IMG/VR virus record: IMGVR_UViG_3300046535_002148 | Span: 70,640-134,639 of that record | Source of the DNA: a virus | Direction: 5' to 3' (one strand) | DNA length: 64,000 nt | Part shown: piece after piece, positions 9,865 through 20,366 of the stretch | How positions within the stretch are numbered: the stretch's first letter is position 1 | Layout of the letters: each line of letters begins with the position of its first letter | Position numbers and translations under genes: made by a program | Notes under the pieces: model-generated | Databases searched by the model: none | What the model was told of the DNA's origin: nothing | Seen by the model: only the letters and a program-made list of their open reading frames with translations

Positions 9865-10485
9865 TTACATCTCGCGAATCCACAGGGCCTGCTGGTTGTT
9901 CTGGAAGAACTCGTCGAGCTCGTCGAACTCGGGAATGGCCACGGTCCGGATCCACTCGAGGATGTCGTTCTCGGAGTTGAATCCCAGTCGCTGTCGCTCC
10001 TCGCCGTCGGACCGGTCGTAGGTCTGCACGATCGACTTGAGCTCGTTGAACAGGGCGATGGTCTTGCCCAGTTGCTCCTGGCGGTGGACGCCGAAGATCT
10101 TCGCCCGGCGCTTGACCTCGTCGAACCACTTGCTGAAGTTGCCGTCGTTGGCCGCGGCGTCCCGGACGGACTTCGCCAGGCCCATCGAGTGCTTGATCTT
10201 GTTGATCTGATCGCTGTAGGACTTCAGGTCTGACGACACGTCACCGGTGTTGACCTCATCGCCGTAGTAGTCGGTACCGCGACCGAGCCACTGGGTCCAC
10301 CGGAAGACCATGAGCTCGAGGGCGAGGAGCCGGTCGACGTCACGCAGGTCGGTGACGTCGGTGAAGCGGGTCTGCTGGACGTAGGCGTCCCGGGTCTCCT
10401 TCAGCCACATCGCCTCGTCGCGGGTCATCACGGTCAACGTCTTGTTGGAGACCAGACGTACCTCGAACCCTGCAGGTGAGGTCAA
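9865..10485 (-). CDS. Hypothetical helical protein (possible terminase small subunit)
   Basis: First gene of the packaging operon, helical. The TerS assignment is positional only. Confidence 0.45.
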   Translation of the reverse strand: MTSPAGFEVRLVSNKTLTVMTRDEAMWLKETRDAYVQQTRFTDVTDLRDVDRLLALELMVFRWTQWLGRGTDYYGDEVNTGDVSSDLKSYSDQINKIKHSMGLAKSVRDAAANDGNFSKWFDEVKRRAKIFGVHRQEQLGKTIALFNELKSIVQTYDRSDGEERQRLGFNSENDILEWIRTVAIPEFDELDEFFQNNQQALWIREM

Positions 10486-10715
10486 CGAACTTCCTTCCCG
10501 ATCCAGCTTCGGAGTTTCACCGAACGGGAATGACCATAAGCCAGGGTGATGCGACGCTCGCTTCGGAAATTTGGCCCTCGGTAGCTTCATTCAGAGCGTA
10601 AATATCCGATGTTCCGGTCTGCATTTGCCACCCGACGACAGAATGCGACTCAATTACCGGATCGGCGATTTCGGGGCAGCGGAAATGCTCGAAAGATTTT
10701 GCTTTCCCGGGCGTG

Positions 10716-11237
10716 TCAGGCGCTCCTGGGCAGTCGCGGGTTGCACCCACCGCACAGCCGTCGCCCGGCCGCGATCAGGACCGAGGAGCCGCAACGGGTG
10801 CAGGGGCGCACGGCGTCGACGCCGCGGGTCATGGTGGTCTCGTGGTCGGCGAAGGCCAGGACGGTGCGGGGGTTGTCGGCGTCCAACTCGAGCACGCCGG
10901 ACAGCGAGGTGATCTGACTGTCGTCCTTGAAGACGATGCCGTTGGCGGCATCGCAGACGTGCTTGAGCAGGTTGTCGACGTCGACCCGGCGGCGGGTGGA
11001 GCGGTAGAACACCGCGATCAGTGCGACGTTGCCCGTGAACATCGGGATGCGCTTGAGGCGGAAGCCTGTGGCCTGCTCCGCAACCTTGTCCTTGGGGTCG
11101 TGGTAGGCCCTGCCGTTCGGGGCGAACCGCGGCCGGGCCTTCGAGTGAGGCTCCCCCGGGACGACCGCGAACTCGACCCGGGTGAAGTGGCGGTTGAAGG
11201 CGTGCATGAGGGCCAGAACCTCGTCGGTGTAGTCCAT
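10716..11237 (-). CDS. rusA: RusA-family Holliday junction resolvase
   Basis: VPGEPHSKARPRF and DVDNLLKHVCDAANGIVFKDDSQI motifs. Confidence 0.9.
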   Translation of the reverse strand: MDYTDEVLALMHAFNRHFTRVEFAVVPGEPHSKARPRFAPNGRAYHDPKDKVAEQATGFRLKRIPMFTGNVALIAVFYRSTRRRVDVDNLLKHVCDAANGIVFKDDSQITSLSGVLELDADNPRTVLAFADHETTMTRGVDAVRPCTRCGSSVLIAAGRRLCGGCNPRLPRSA

Positions 11238-11426
11238 TCTGACGTTTTCGACGGATCGTCAGATCCGATCGAGCTTCTAGACTGACCCCGTGAAGCAGCT
11301 GGAACTCGCGGTCGATCTGACCCCGGTGGAGGCGCTGCGCATCCTGTTCGACGGCTCGACGGTCTGGCGTCGTCGCAGCGACCGCCTCCGGCCCATCGAG
11401 GACGTCCCCCTGACCGGCGACCTGCT

Positions 11427-12128
11427 CTAAGCCAGTCGCGGCAGCTCAGTGGTCTGGCCGCAGGCCTGGTACATGACCTGCTCACCGAGGTACTTCGTGA
11501 AGGCCGGCGGGATCGCCTGCGCCAACTCGACCTTGGACATCCACCAGATGTCCATCGCCTTGCACCAGAGTTCGAACTCGTTCCTGCCGAGACCCTGCCC
11601 ACGCCCGTAGACCCCGATCACCGGCGACATGTAGACCACCGGCTTGCCCGAGTGATAGCGACGGGTCGGGTACATCGGCGAAGCAGCGTCCTGCCGGGCG
11701 TGCTGGCACTCGGGCTGGAACAGGTCGAGGTTGGACTCGAACAGGCGATGCCGCCGGACCCCCAGCTCGAACATCGAGCCGCACAGCACGATCGGGTCGT
11801 ACAGCGGGGCTCCGGGCACGTTCTCGATGACATAGGGCCGCGGCAGTCGGAGCCCACGCAGCGCGTCACGGGTCGCCCCCACCAGGTCGGTGTGCTCCGG
11901 ACCGGAGAAGGCCTTGAGGCTGGTGTGGACCTTGCAGGGTGGGCTGGCGTGGATGACGTCGAACTCGTGCCCGTGCTGCCGGATGAACTCCACGGCATCG
12001 CCCTGCACGAACTCGAACGGCGGGTAGTTGGGCTGGGGCTCGATGTCGATCCCCACCACCTCGAAGCCCGCCTGGTGGTACCCCATGGTGGCGCCGCCGG
12101 CCCCACAGAACGCATCGAGCAGAAGCAT
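11427..12128 (-). CDS. DNA cytosine-5 methyltransferase (orphan)
   Basis: Motif I DAFCGAGG, motif IV HASPPC, motif VI IENV, C-terminal QAIPP. Confidence 0.85.
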   Translation of the reverse strand: MLLLDAFCGAGGATMGYHQAGFEVVGIDIEPQPNYPPFEFVQGDAVEFIRQHGHEFDVIHASPPCKVHTSLKAFSGPEHTDLVGATRDALRGLRLPRPYVIENVPGAPLYDPIVLCGSMFELGVRRHRLFESNLDLFQPECQHARQDAASPMYPTRRYHSGKPVVYMSPVIGVYGRGQGLGRNEFELWCKAMDIWWMSKVELAQAIPPAFTKYLGEQVMYQACGQTTELPRLA

Positions 12129-12160
12129 CCACTCGGGATCGTCCCGATCGAGGCGAAACC

Positions 12161-12448
12161 TCAGTCCTGCTCGAGGAACAGCGCCCGCAGGACCTTGCGG
12201 ACAGAGTCCTCGTCCACGCCGGTCATCCGCGCCAGCTGCGCAGTCGGGTCACTGCCGCCCGGTCGAATCGCCCAGGGGGCGACCGGGTACTCCGGGTCCA
12301 GGTAGTCGCGTTCCATCCGCCGCAGATCGCCCACGAGCAGCCACAGCGACGTAGGTGCAGCAAAGCCTTCCGGCAGGTACGGGTGGACCTGCCCCGGATC
12401 CGGTTGCCAGGTCAGCCCGTTGCGCGCCAGTGCTCGGCGATAGGACAT
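12161..12448 (-). CDS. Hypothetical protein
   Basis: MSYRRALARN... short ORF in a tightly packed run. Confidence 0.45.
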   Translation of the reverse strand: MSYRRALARNGLTWQPDPGQVHPYLPEGFAAPTSLWLLVGDLRRMERDYLDPEYPVAPWAIRPGGSDPTAQLARMTGVDEDSVRKVLRALFLEQD

Positions 12449-12461
12449 CCAGCCGCCGATG

Positions 12462-12716
12462 TCAGAACTCCCGTCCGCCCGGCGGCGTCCAGCCCTGGCG
12501 CTCCAGCCAAGCCTTGGTGCCCTCCTCCAGCGCGATCTCCGGGCCATTGAGCTCCAGGTCGACGCATTGGGGTCGCAACTCCAGGGTCAGGTAGCAGGTG
12601 CCCCCGACAGCAGCACTGAAGCGCAGGGACCGCACGTTGAGTCGCTGGCCGTCGATCTCGACGAAGCCGGTACTGCAGTGGCGGTCCAGCTCGATGCGGA
12701 CGTTGGGTCCGGTCAC
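12462..12716 (-). CDS. Hypothetical protein
   Basis: GTG start VTGPNVRIELD..., 4-bp overlap with the upstream ORF. Confidence 0.45.
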   Translation of the reverse strand: MTGPNVRIELDRHCSTGFVEIDGQRLNVRSLRFSAAVGGTCYLTLELRPQCVDLELNGPEIALEEGTKAWLERQGWTPPGGREF

Positions 12717-13117
12717 TCGCCCTCCCGGAGGTAGGCCGTCTCCGCGGGCTGCTGGATGGCCTCGACGGTCGCGGCGAACCGAAGACGCTGAGCCTCGACG
12801 CCGGCCAGCCCGACCGTGCCCATGAGCGGCTCGGTGACCTCGAGCCAGACGTCCTCCACGGGCTCGTGCTCGATCTGACCGGCCGTCAGGACGGCCTCGT
12901 AGACGCCTCCGGCGACCAGCGGCCACGGGATGTTGTCCGGGGACGTGGGGCCGACCAGCCGCGCCGCGGTGACGATGGCCAGGGAGGTGTCCGCCGCCGA
13001 GATGCTCCAGGAGCCGTTGACCGCGTTGCGCAGGTCCTCGCCCAGGTCGTGCCAGAGGACCATCTGCATGTCCTCCACCCACTCGTGGAGCTGGGCGTGA
13101 TCAGAGGTCAGGGGCAT
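12713..13117 (-). CDS. Hypothetical protein
   Basis: MPLTSDHAQL... Confidence 0.5.
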   Translation of the reverse strand: MPLTSDHAQLHEWVEDMQMVLWHDLGEDLRNAVNGSWSISAADTSLAIVTAARLVGPTSPDNIPWPLVAGGVYEAVLTAGQIEHEPVEDVWLEVTEPLMGTVGLAGVEAQRLRFAATVEAIQQPAETAYLREGE

Positions 13118-13414
13118 GACGCGCCTCCGAGACGTAGAGCCAGAGCGGCCCCGAGTCCAGGGGGTTGGGCTGGCGTACGTAGCGGGTGGACTCGCTGGAG
13201 TCATCGGCAGCGACGTTGAAGACCGCGGACATGACGAACGCCGGGAGCTCGATCTCGGCCGGAGGGTCCATCAAGTCGGCGTCGAGATCGAGCTGGTGTC
13301 CATGGGCGGGGCCACCGATGAGCTGGACGGGGATCAACGCGCGGCGTCCGGGATGGTGCTCATGCAACGACGGTAGTCGTTTCGGCCGACAAGCTCGAGC
13401 CCCGAGTTTCCCAG

Positions 13415-13924
13415 CTAGGACTTGACTTTCTCCCCGAGAACTACACGGTCGCGAGCAAGATCCAGCGCTCGCCGGGCGTCGGCGAGCGCCAGCTGCTGCC
13501 GGGCGACCGCCGCCTCCATCCGGGACAGCTCATCGAGGAACAGGTGCTCGTGCTGGGACTCGACGGTCGCGGCCCGCTCGATCATCGCCAGGGCGTCGGC
13601 GACGACGTCGCCGGAGGCGACCGGCCGCTGCTGGGGCCTGCGGTTGGCCCACCTGGCCAAGGCGCGCTCCCACCCCGGACCCTTGAGCTCGACGTAGCCG
13701 GTCCTGGCGCTGCGCAGCCGGGTGCTCAGCGCCTTCCTGGCCTCGTCGTCGACGGTGCAGGTGGCCCAGGTGTCCGGCGACATGGCGCAGGCTCCGCGCT
13801 CGGTGTCGACGTAGACGTCCATGTGCCCGATCGAGGCGAACAGCACCACGTGGAAGCGCGCGTCGAGGTACTCGCCGGTGTCGTGCTTCGCCAGGTCGCC
13901 CGGCAGGAAGTACAGGTCGTCCAT
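13415..13924 (-). CDS. Hypothetical protein with C-terminal coiled coil
   Basis: 169 aa, SD GAGGAGG, upstream TGACGTTTCGGCTACGCT promoter motif. Confidence 0.6.
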   Translation of the reverse strand: MDDLYFLPGDLAKHDTGEYLDARFHVVLFASIGHMDVYVDTERGACAMSPDTWATCTVDDEARKALSTRLRSARTGYVELKGPGWERALARWANRRPQQRPVASGDVVADALAMIERAATVESQHEHLFLDELSRMEAAVARQQLALADARRALDLARDRVVLGEKVKS

Positions 13925-14303
13925 GGGAGCCCTCCTCGTGGGCCGAGCAGCGTAGCCGAAACGTCAGTTCCCTTGCTGGGGAACGAACCCGGGACGGGGG
14001 TTCCCGCGATCTCCCTAGGCTCCGTTCATCCCCGTGGGGGGAAAGGGGGGCGCGGCCGAGCGCAGCGGAGAGCGGAGTGACGAGCGACAGCGAGTCTCGA
14101 AGCCTTGGTTGAAGCAGCTGTTGACGACAAAGACGCCCCCCCTCCTGCGCTTCGCTTGGAGCTGACTCGTCTCGTCGCTGCGCTCCTCAACAAGTCAGTC
14201 CCCCCCGGGGGACCGACCTTTGGGCGTGGCGTCCAACGTACGCGACGCGCGACCAGCGATCTGAGCCGCGACGTTCCCCAGCCAGCTTGGGAGTTTCTTC
14301 CGC

Positions 14304-14684
14304 TCATAGCGGAAGCACGCTGACGCCGTACTGCGCGAAGTGTTCGTCGCTGGTGGCGACGGTGTACCGACCCTCCAGCGCCTGGGCGATGATCAGCCGG
14401 TCCCACGGGTCGCGGTGCAGCCACGGCAGACCCTCGTAGCGGACCACGTGGGTGTCCTCGATCCCCAGCCTCGTCAGCCCGCCGGCGTGGACCATCTCCA
14501 GCAACCGGGGCGGGCGCACCAGCTTCCCGACGGACACTTTGGTGGCGATCTCCAACAGCGAGATGACCGAGTAGGCGACCTCGGAGGCCGCTTCGATCCG
14601 GGCGACAGTCTTCGGGGCCACGTTCCCGACCCCGATGCGCAGCAGTGCCACGGTGTCCAGCAGCAGGCGTTCGTGACGCGGCAC
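14304..14684 (-). CDS. vapC: VapC-family PIN-domain toxin
   Basis: LLLDT...SVISLLEI...HRDPWDRLIIAQA...VATSD PIN motifs. Confidence 0.9.
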   Translation of the reverse strand: MPRHERLLLDTVALLRIGVGNVAPKTVARIEAASEVAYSVISLLEIATKVSVGKLVRPPRLLEMVHAGGLTRLGIEDTHVVRYEGLPWLHRDPWDRLIIAQALEGRYTVATSDEHFAQYGVSVLPL

Positions 14685-14686
14685 GT

Positions 14687-14923
14687 CTACTCGCCCTCGA
14701 TCAGCAGCTCGGCCAGCTCGCCGTCGGCCGAGCTGAACGCCGCCTCATCGAAGCTCCACACATCGCCGAACCAGCCGAACATCGACATCCGGTCACTCGT
14801 GGCGACCTTCACCAAGGTGAAGCGCTCGTTGTTGCGCGTGATGACGACCTCCTCCCCGGCGCGGGCTGCATCGAGCAGCTTGCTCAGGTTGGACTTGGCC
14901 TCGTGGACGTTCGCGGTCTGCAT
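14687..14923 (-). CDS. Phd/YefM-family antitoxin
   Basis: MQTANVHEAKSNLSKLLDAARAGEEVVITRN. Directly upstream of vapC, with a leaderless TACTCT -10. Confidence 0.9.
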   Translation of the reverse strand: MQTANVHEAKSNLSKLLDAARAGEEVVITRNNERFTLVKVATSDRMSMFGWFGDVWSFDEAAFSSADGELAELLIEGE

Positions 14924-14954
14924 CCGCCTAGAGTAGCTAACCGGGCTAGTCTTG

Positions 14955-15635
14955 TCAGGGGGTCCAGAAAGGGATCGGCGGCAGGTCCACGATCGGCGGC
15001 GTCGACGGCGAGGGCTCCGGAGTCGGACTGGGAGCCACCGCGGGCTCTCCAGCCGGCCCCTGCGGTCCTGCCGGTCCTGCCGGGCCGGTGTCGCCCTGAG
15101 GACCTTGCGGCCCGGTGTCGCCCTGGGTGCCCTGTGGGCCCGTGTCACCCTGCGGGCCCGGCGGGCCCTGGGGGCCGGTCGCCCCGGTGTCGCCCTTCGC
15201 CCCCTGCTGACCCGAGGTCCCGGCCTGGCCGGGCACCCCGGCCGCGGGCGGGTGGGCCGCGAGGTACGCCGCGACAGCTGCCGAGAGGTCCGAAGCGCTG
15301 GGTGCAGGGCCCTGCGCGCCGGTCTCGCCCTTCTGTCCAACCGCCCCGGGGATGGGTGGCGCCGGCGCTGCGACCTTCGGCGCGATGCCCTTCTGGATCA
15401 GCTGCCCGCGCAGGGTGTTGATGTCCGTGTTCGCGGAGTTGACCTGGTTGGTCAACTGCTCGACCCGGTTGTCCGAGGTCTGGTTGCGGGAGTCCTGCTT
15501 GGCCTGGACCCAGGCGGTGTACGCGATGCCGAGGACGGAAAGCAGGAGGACCACGACGACCCAGGCCGTCCGTCGACGCGCCTCCACCGGAACCGCATGC
15601 GTCCGGGGAGCAGGCTCATCAGTCTGTAGCGTCAC
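14955..15635 (-). CDS. Membrane-anchored collagen-like (Gly-X-Y) protein
   Basis: N-terminal TM helix, short coiled coil, GPQGDT repeats, Pro-rich tail. Confidence 0.75.
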   Translation of the reverse strand: MTLQTDEPAPRTHAVPVEARRRTAWVVVVLLLSVLGIAYTAWVQAKQDSRNQTSDNRVEQLTNQVNSANTDINTLRGQLIQKGIAPKVAAPAPPIPGAVGQKGETGAQGPAPSASDLSAAVAAYLAAHPPAAGVPGQAGTSGQQGAKGDTGATGPQGPPGPQGDTGPQGTQGDTGPQGPQGDTGPAGPAGPQGPAGEPAVAPSPTPEPSPSTPPIVDLPPIPFWTP

Positions 15636-15978
15636 CGCGCTCCCCCTGTACCAGCTCGATTGCAGCCCGTCGCTGCTGATCCACGCCGCGCTGGTTCTCG
15701 GCCTCTACGTAGCGCTGGTAGCGCCAGTCCCCCGGGTTGGCCATCCGCTGGTCGCGCTCCTCGCGGTCGCGCAGCAGCTGTTCGGCCCGGTCCGCCCGGG
15801 CCTCCGCGGCCTTGGTCCGCTCGTTCTCGCGGTCGGCCGCGTTCTTCTGCAGCTCCGTGTTGAGTCGGGTCAGCTGCCAGTTCTGGCGCAGGAGGTAGAT
15901 CACGATCCCCGCCATCCCGGAGCCACCGACGAGCAGCGGCGAGACTGCCGCAGGGTCCACAGATGGCAACTCGCTCAC
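15619..15978 (-). CDS. Single-TM membrane protein with coiled coil (lysis-cassette type)
   Basis: [18 protein letters not shown] segment, overlaps the collagen-like gene. Confidence 0.55.
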   Translation of the reverse strand: MSELPSVDPAAVSPLLVGGSGMAGIVIYLLRQNWQLTRLNTELQKNAADRENERTKAAEARADRAEQLLRDREERDQRMANPGDWRYQRYVEAENQRGVDQQRRAAIELVQGERGDATD

Positions 15979-16412
15979 CCCCGCGTCGGGCTGCCTCAGC
16001 TGACCTTCCGGCCATTGCCCGGGTACATGACGACATCGAATCTCTGGACCAGGGATCCGTCCTTCAGGGTCGCCGGTGAGATCTCGACGTCCTGGAAGTA
16101 CTTCCGCCCGTACTCGTCTCCGGCCGGGGTGACGAACGTGCTGACGGCCATTACGACCCCTTCTCGGTCTGCAGAAGAGAGGTCTCCGTGGCCTTCTCTG
16201 TGGTCATCGGCTGGTGCAATTCGTCATTCGCGCTACGCCCGCACTCACACACGCCGGCCTTCTCGGCGTAGCCGTGCGGAAGGTCGAACCGATCGACCCC
16301 GAGTTCTCGCTGAATCTCCATGTCGAAACCTCCAATCTCCTTCTTGGGGTATCGACCGGGAACGCACCGAAGACCAGCCGGGATCCGCCCAGCTGGTCTT
16401 CGGTTGGGAGCG

Positions 16413-16781
16413 TCAGGCCTTGGCGGCGGCTGCGGTCTTCGGCTCCGGCTTGTCGTCGTCGGACTTGGCCTCCACGGGCCGAGTCTCCGCGTGCCGAGGC
16501 GCGTGGCGAGCCTTCGGCTTGTCGTCGTCGTCCTCAGGCTCCTGGTTCTCCTGGAGGCTCTGCGGGGTGACGTAGTCCTTCGGGTCTCCGTGCCGGGACT
16601 GCAGCGGGACCGAGTCCGGCCAGTCCTCGTGGTCCGGCTTGTTGAAGTCGAGCTCGCCTGCGATCTCCTTGGCCCGCTTCTCGTCGGCCTCCTTGATCGC
16701 CGCGAAGCGCTCCTTGTTGACCTTGTCGACCTCGGCCTGGATCTTCGGGTCGACCTTCTCGGCGCTCACGTCGTCAGCCAT
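16413..16781 (-). CDS. Hypothetical charged low-complexity protein
   Basis: MADDVSAEK..., followed by a hairpin at ~16366-16404. Confidence 0.55.
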   Translation of the reverse strand: MADDVSAEKVDPKIQAEVDKVNKERFAAIKEADEKRAKEIAGELDFNKPDHEDWPDSVPLQSRHGDPKDYVTPQSLQENQEPEDDDDKPKARHAPRHAETRPVEAKSDDDKPEPKTAAAAKA

Positions 16782-17073
16782 TGAGGTCCTCCTCGGTGTT
16801 GGCCTGCTCGCCGGTGTTCGCCGCCGTCGAGGTAGGGCCCTGGGCGTCCTCGACGGTCGGCTGCTCGGCCTCGCCGTCGGGCTCGACGCCGTACTCCGGG
16901 TCACCGGCGGTGCCGTCGAGCTCCGCCTTCTCCTCCTCGGTGGGCGGGGCCTCCGGGTCGCTGATGCTGCCCTTGGCGCCGGTGCCGAGCGTGCGCTCGA
17001 CGTCGTCCTGGGGCTCGCCGTCGACGAGCACGGGCTCGGTTGCCGGAGTCTGATCCGGCTGGGTCTTGGCCAT
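16774..17073 (-). CDS. Hypothetical acidic protein
   Basis: 99 aa, SD AAGGAGGT. Confidence 0.55.
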   Translation of the reverse strand: MAKTQPDQTPATEPVLVDGEPQDDVERTLGTGAKGSISDPEAPPTEEEKAELDGTAGDPEYGVEPDGEAEQPTVEDAQGPTSTAANTGEQANTEEDLNG

Positions 17074-17297
17074 GGGGGACCTCCTTCAACTAGGAGATCG
17101 ACCTGACGGCCATGGACGACAACAGAACGGCTCAGCGGGCCGCACGCACTCGAAACTGACGTTTCGTCAGTTCGATCATGCCTCTGACCTGCGATTTCAC
17201 GGACTCAAATGATACTCAACCGGAACCCTAGCCATCCCACTTCGGTTCTGCTTGAATATCAATCGGTCCTGCAAAGAGTTTCCGCAGGTCAGACAGG

Positions 17298-19076
17298 GTG
17301 ACCGCCTTCGCCAACATCGGCTTGACCGGCGGCATCACTGGCAGATCCATGCTGCTGTCCCCCTCGGAGGGCTCGTTGTCCAAGGCTCAACCCGTGCTCA
17401 CCGGCCAGGCTAGATTGAGCCGCCTTCGGCGCCGCAAGCCGGATCGCGACGAGCGGCTGGGCGTGTCGTACGCCCGGTACTCCGAGGAGATCCAGGGCTC
17501 CATCCCGGAGCAGGAAGGCACCAACCGCGGTGTCGCCGCGGACTTCGACGTGAAGATCGTCGACTACTTCAGGGACGAGGCGATCTCCCGGTCGATCCAG
17601 GAGCGGCCGGGCCTCATGGCGATGCTGATCTACCTGGAGGCGCACCCCGAGGTCGGCTTCATCGTCATCAACGAGCTGGAGCGCCTGACCGCCGGCGTGT
17701 CCCAGCGCGGCGAGATCACCGAGATCTGCCAGCGTCTCCACGTCACCTTGCTGACGGAGGACATGGATGACATCGACCCGTTCGACGAAGAGAAGATGCA
17801 GGAGGCCGACAAGCGGGCTGTCGAGGCCAAGGGTGAGGTCCTCAAGGTCCAGCGACGTGTGCGTCGCACCATGAAGCAGAAGTTCGGTCCGGAGACCCAG
17901 CGGGTGTCCATGCGGCCCGCCTTCGGCACCCGGATGAAGCCGCTGCTCGGTCCCGACGGCAAAGCGCTGCAGCCAGGGATGAAGCTCGTCGATGAGAACG
18001 GCCGGACGATCCGTTCCGGTGAGCTGGAGAAGGACCCCAACGAATTTCCGCATCTCCAGGCCATGTTCAAGATGGCGGACGAGGGAAAGACCGACGCCGA
18101 AATCGCGCGGCATCTGACTGACCGCATCCCGACGAAGTCCGGCAACAGGATGTGGCGGGCCAACACGGTGGCCGGGATTTTGACGAACCCGCTCTACAAG
18201 GGCGAGTACACCTGGGGGAAACAGGCCGTCCGCCGGTACAGCAACGGCAAGACCTATCTGGAGGAACGCCCCGAGGGTGACCCTGGCAGGGTCACCAAGC
18301 AGTTGTCGTCGGGGCCGTTCATCCCGGTCGAGCTGTGGGAGCGGGTGAACGAGCGCCGGAAGGCTCGTCTCGACACGCTGCGCTTCAAGCGGCGTACCCG
18401 CGATGTCCAGCTGTTCGACGAGCGCATGTTCTGCCTGGAGTGCGGCTACAAGCTCTACGGGATGATGGCCAACGCAGGACGCCCGGAGCCGAAGCGCCGC
18501 TACAAGCCGGTCCGGTTCAACTACGCCTGCAACAACGCACGGCGGGGGAACACGACCAAGCCGGGGTTCAAGCCTCCGTGCGAGAAGTCGCGGATCATGA
18601 GCGACTACCACCTGTTCGACGCCCTGGCCGCAGCCCTGGACAGCGATGCCGAGCGGTACGTCACGGTCTACCGAGCAGCGGTCAACGCCGATCACGTGGT
18701 GGCCCGCAAGGCGGAGCTGGAGAAGCACATCCGCGTCGCGGAGGCCAAGCTCGAGCGGGCGGTCAACCTGCACCTGGACGACCCCGAGATGATGCCGCGG
18801 CCGAAGCTGGACAAGCTGAAGGCCGAGACGGCCGAGGAGATCGAAAAGGCCCGCCAGGAGCTGGCAGGCCTCACGGTTGAGCGGGCGATCAGCGTGCCCG
18901 AGCAGGACGAGATGTTGCTGCGCCCCGTGGTCGAGCTGGTGGAGCAGCTACGCGACCTCACCACGCCGGTGGAACTTCGCCGTCAGCTGCTTTCCCGAGC
19001 CGGCATCGAGCGGTTCTACGTCCACCGTCCACACGTAATGATCGAGTTCAGCAAGGGGTACGCCGGCGTCGAGTAG
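17298..19076 (+). CDS. int: Large serine recombinase (phage integrase)
   Basis: Catalytic YARYS, ERPGL, ELERLT, recombinase domain (ILTNPLYKG), zinc ribbon CLECG...YAC...C, coiled coil. True start may be slightly downstream. Confidence 0.92.
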   Translation: MTAFANIGLTGGITGRSMLLSPSEGSLSKAQPVLTGQARLSRLRRRKPDRDERLGVSYARYSEEIQGSIPEQEGTNRGVAADFDVKIVDYFRDEAISRSIQERPGLMAMLIYLEAHPEVGFIVINELERLTAGVSQRGEITEICQRLHVTLLTEDMDDIDPFDEEKMQEADKRAVEAKGEVLKVQRRVRRTMKQKFGPETQRVSMRPAFGTRMKPLLGPDGKALQPGMKLVDENGRTIRSGELEKDPNEFPHLQAMFKMADEGKTDAEIARHLTDRIPTKSGNRMWRANTVAGILTNPLYKGEYTWGKQAVRRYSNGKTYLEERPEGDPGRVTKQLSSGPFIPVELWERVNERRKARLDTLRFKRRTRDVQLFDERMFCLECGYKLYGMMANAGRPEPKRRYKPVRFNYACNNARRGNTTKPGFKPPCEKSRIMSDYHLFDALAAALDSDAERYVTVYRAAVNADHVVARKAELEKHIRVAEAKLERAVNLHLDDPEMMPRPKLDKLKAETAEEIEKARQELAGLTVERAISVPEQDEMLLRPVVELVEQLRDLTTPVELRRQLLSRAGIERFYVHRPHVMIEFSKGYAGVE

Positions 19077-19183
19077 CGCCTTCTGCGCCTTGTGGATCGC
19101 GACCGCCTCGGCGATGCGGTCGATCTGGGTGGAGCTCAACCGCTCCTCGCCCCACATGACCCTTCGGTTCGGGGTCTCGTCCA

Positions 19184-19450
19184 TCACTCGAACTCCATCT
19201 GGCCCTCGCAGGTCCACGCCGCGGGGGTCTTCTCCTTGGTCTCGGTCACGAGGTTGTCCTCGATGAACCGGGCGACGTCGACCGGCCGGAGCCGGATCGA
19301 CCGCCCGATCCTGACGTGCTGGAGCCGGCCGTCCTCGACCAATCGGTAGACCCCGCGGGCACTGATCGAGTACAGGGCCGCGACGTCCTTGATCGACAGA
19401 AGGACCATGTCCTCCTCAGCGACCTCGGGGGTCTCGACGGTGCTGACCAC
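19184..19450 (-). CDS. Excisionase-like HTH protein
   Basis: LLSIKDVAALYSISARGVYRLVEDGRLQHVRIGRSIRL, convergent with the integrase. Confidence 0.8.
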   Translation of the reverse strand: MVSTVETPEVAEEDMVLLSIKDVAALYSISARGVYRLVEDGRLQHVRIGRSIRLRPVDVARFIEDNLVTETKEKTPAAWTCEGQMEFE

Positions 19451-19667
19451 GCAGAGCTCCTCGGATGAAGTGATGCGACTGTCGCTTCACTTTCTGGGGC
19501 GGGACGAGGCCCGGGCCCTCGGCAGTACGGCCCGGACCTCTGTCACCCGCATGTCCGTGGAGGACGGACGTCTCCGACGCTAGGTCGAGGCCCAGGAGCC
19601 TGGCGAACGTCCTCGGTGAAGTCCGCGCCAGAAACTCCCGGGCTGGCTTGGGAGTTCTCAGGGGGAC

Positions 19668-20366
19668 CTACTGCTTGACGGTGAAGTGGTACTTCGCGCC
19701 GAGCTTGGTGAGCGACTGGATGCCCGCCACCCCGTCCCAGGGCTTGCCGACGCCGCAGCGCTGCTGCCACTTGGCGTAGCCGGTCTTGTTCGCCGGGAGC
19801 CCCTCGTGGACGAGCGCCGTGGCCACCGGACCGACGTAGGTGCCGTGAGCATGCAGGGTTCCGAGCACGTCGGACAGGTCGATGACGACGGCCTTGACCG
19901 CGGGTTTGGCGGCTGCCTGCTTGCTCGCGAGGTAGGCCTCCCAGGTGGTGACGGGCAGCTTCATGTCGCGGTGACGGTCCAGGCCGTTGCTCGCCAGCCC
20001 GTTGCGCCCGGCCCGCAGCGAGGCGACCTGGCGCGCGGCAATCGCCGCCAGCTCCTTGCAGCCGACGGCCACAGCGTGGATGTGCTCCGGCCACGGGCCC
20101 TCGCTGGGGAACCGGTGCCAGGCGGCGAACCCGACGATGCGCAACGCCCGGACCCGCTTGTTGATCTGCGTCAAGGTCAGGCCGCGGACCGAGAAGTCGA
20201 TGCAGCCGCCGCCGTTGTGGGTGCCGGCCGAGGCGGCGACGGTGGTGTTGTACGAGCCCTGGGTGACCGTCAGCGGGCCACCGAGCTTCTCGGCCTCGGC
20301 GATCATCGCCGCGGTGCGGGTGTCGGTGGTGTAGCGGCCCTGGACCGTGGTTCGGGTCAGGGCCAT
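19668..20366 (-). CDS. Endolysin, M15-like Zn peptidase plus C-terminal cell-wall domain
   Basis: QGSYN...SAGTHNGGGCID...HIHA metal-binding pattern and a DGVAG-type peptidoglycan-binding tail. Confidence 0.75.
   Translation of the reverse strand: MALTRTTVQGRYTTDTRTAAMIAEAEKLGGPLTVTQGSYNTTVAASAGTHNGGGCIDFSVRGLTLTQINKRVRALRIVGFAAWHRFPSEGPWPEHIHAVAVGCKELAAIAARQVASLRAGRNGLASNGLDRHRDMKLPVTTWEAYLASKQAAAKPAVKAVVIDLSDVLGTLHAHGTYVGPVATALVHEGLPANKTGYAKWQQRCGVGKPWDGVAGIQSLTKLGAKYHFTVKQ

Noticed and set aside
11427-12128. Restriction-modification system
   Set aside because: No cognate endonuclease adjacent. An orphan phage methyltransferase is more likely.
15050-15340. Tandem DNA repeat
   Set aside because: Explained by Gly-X-Y collagen codons of the 14955-15635 CDS
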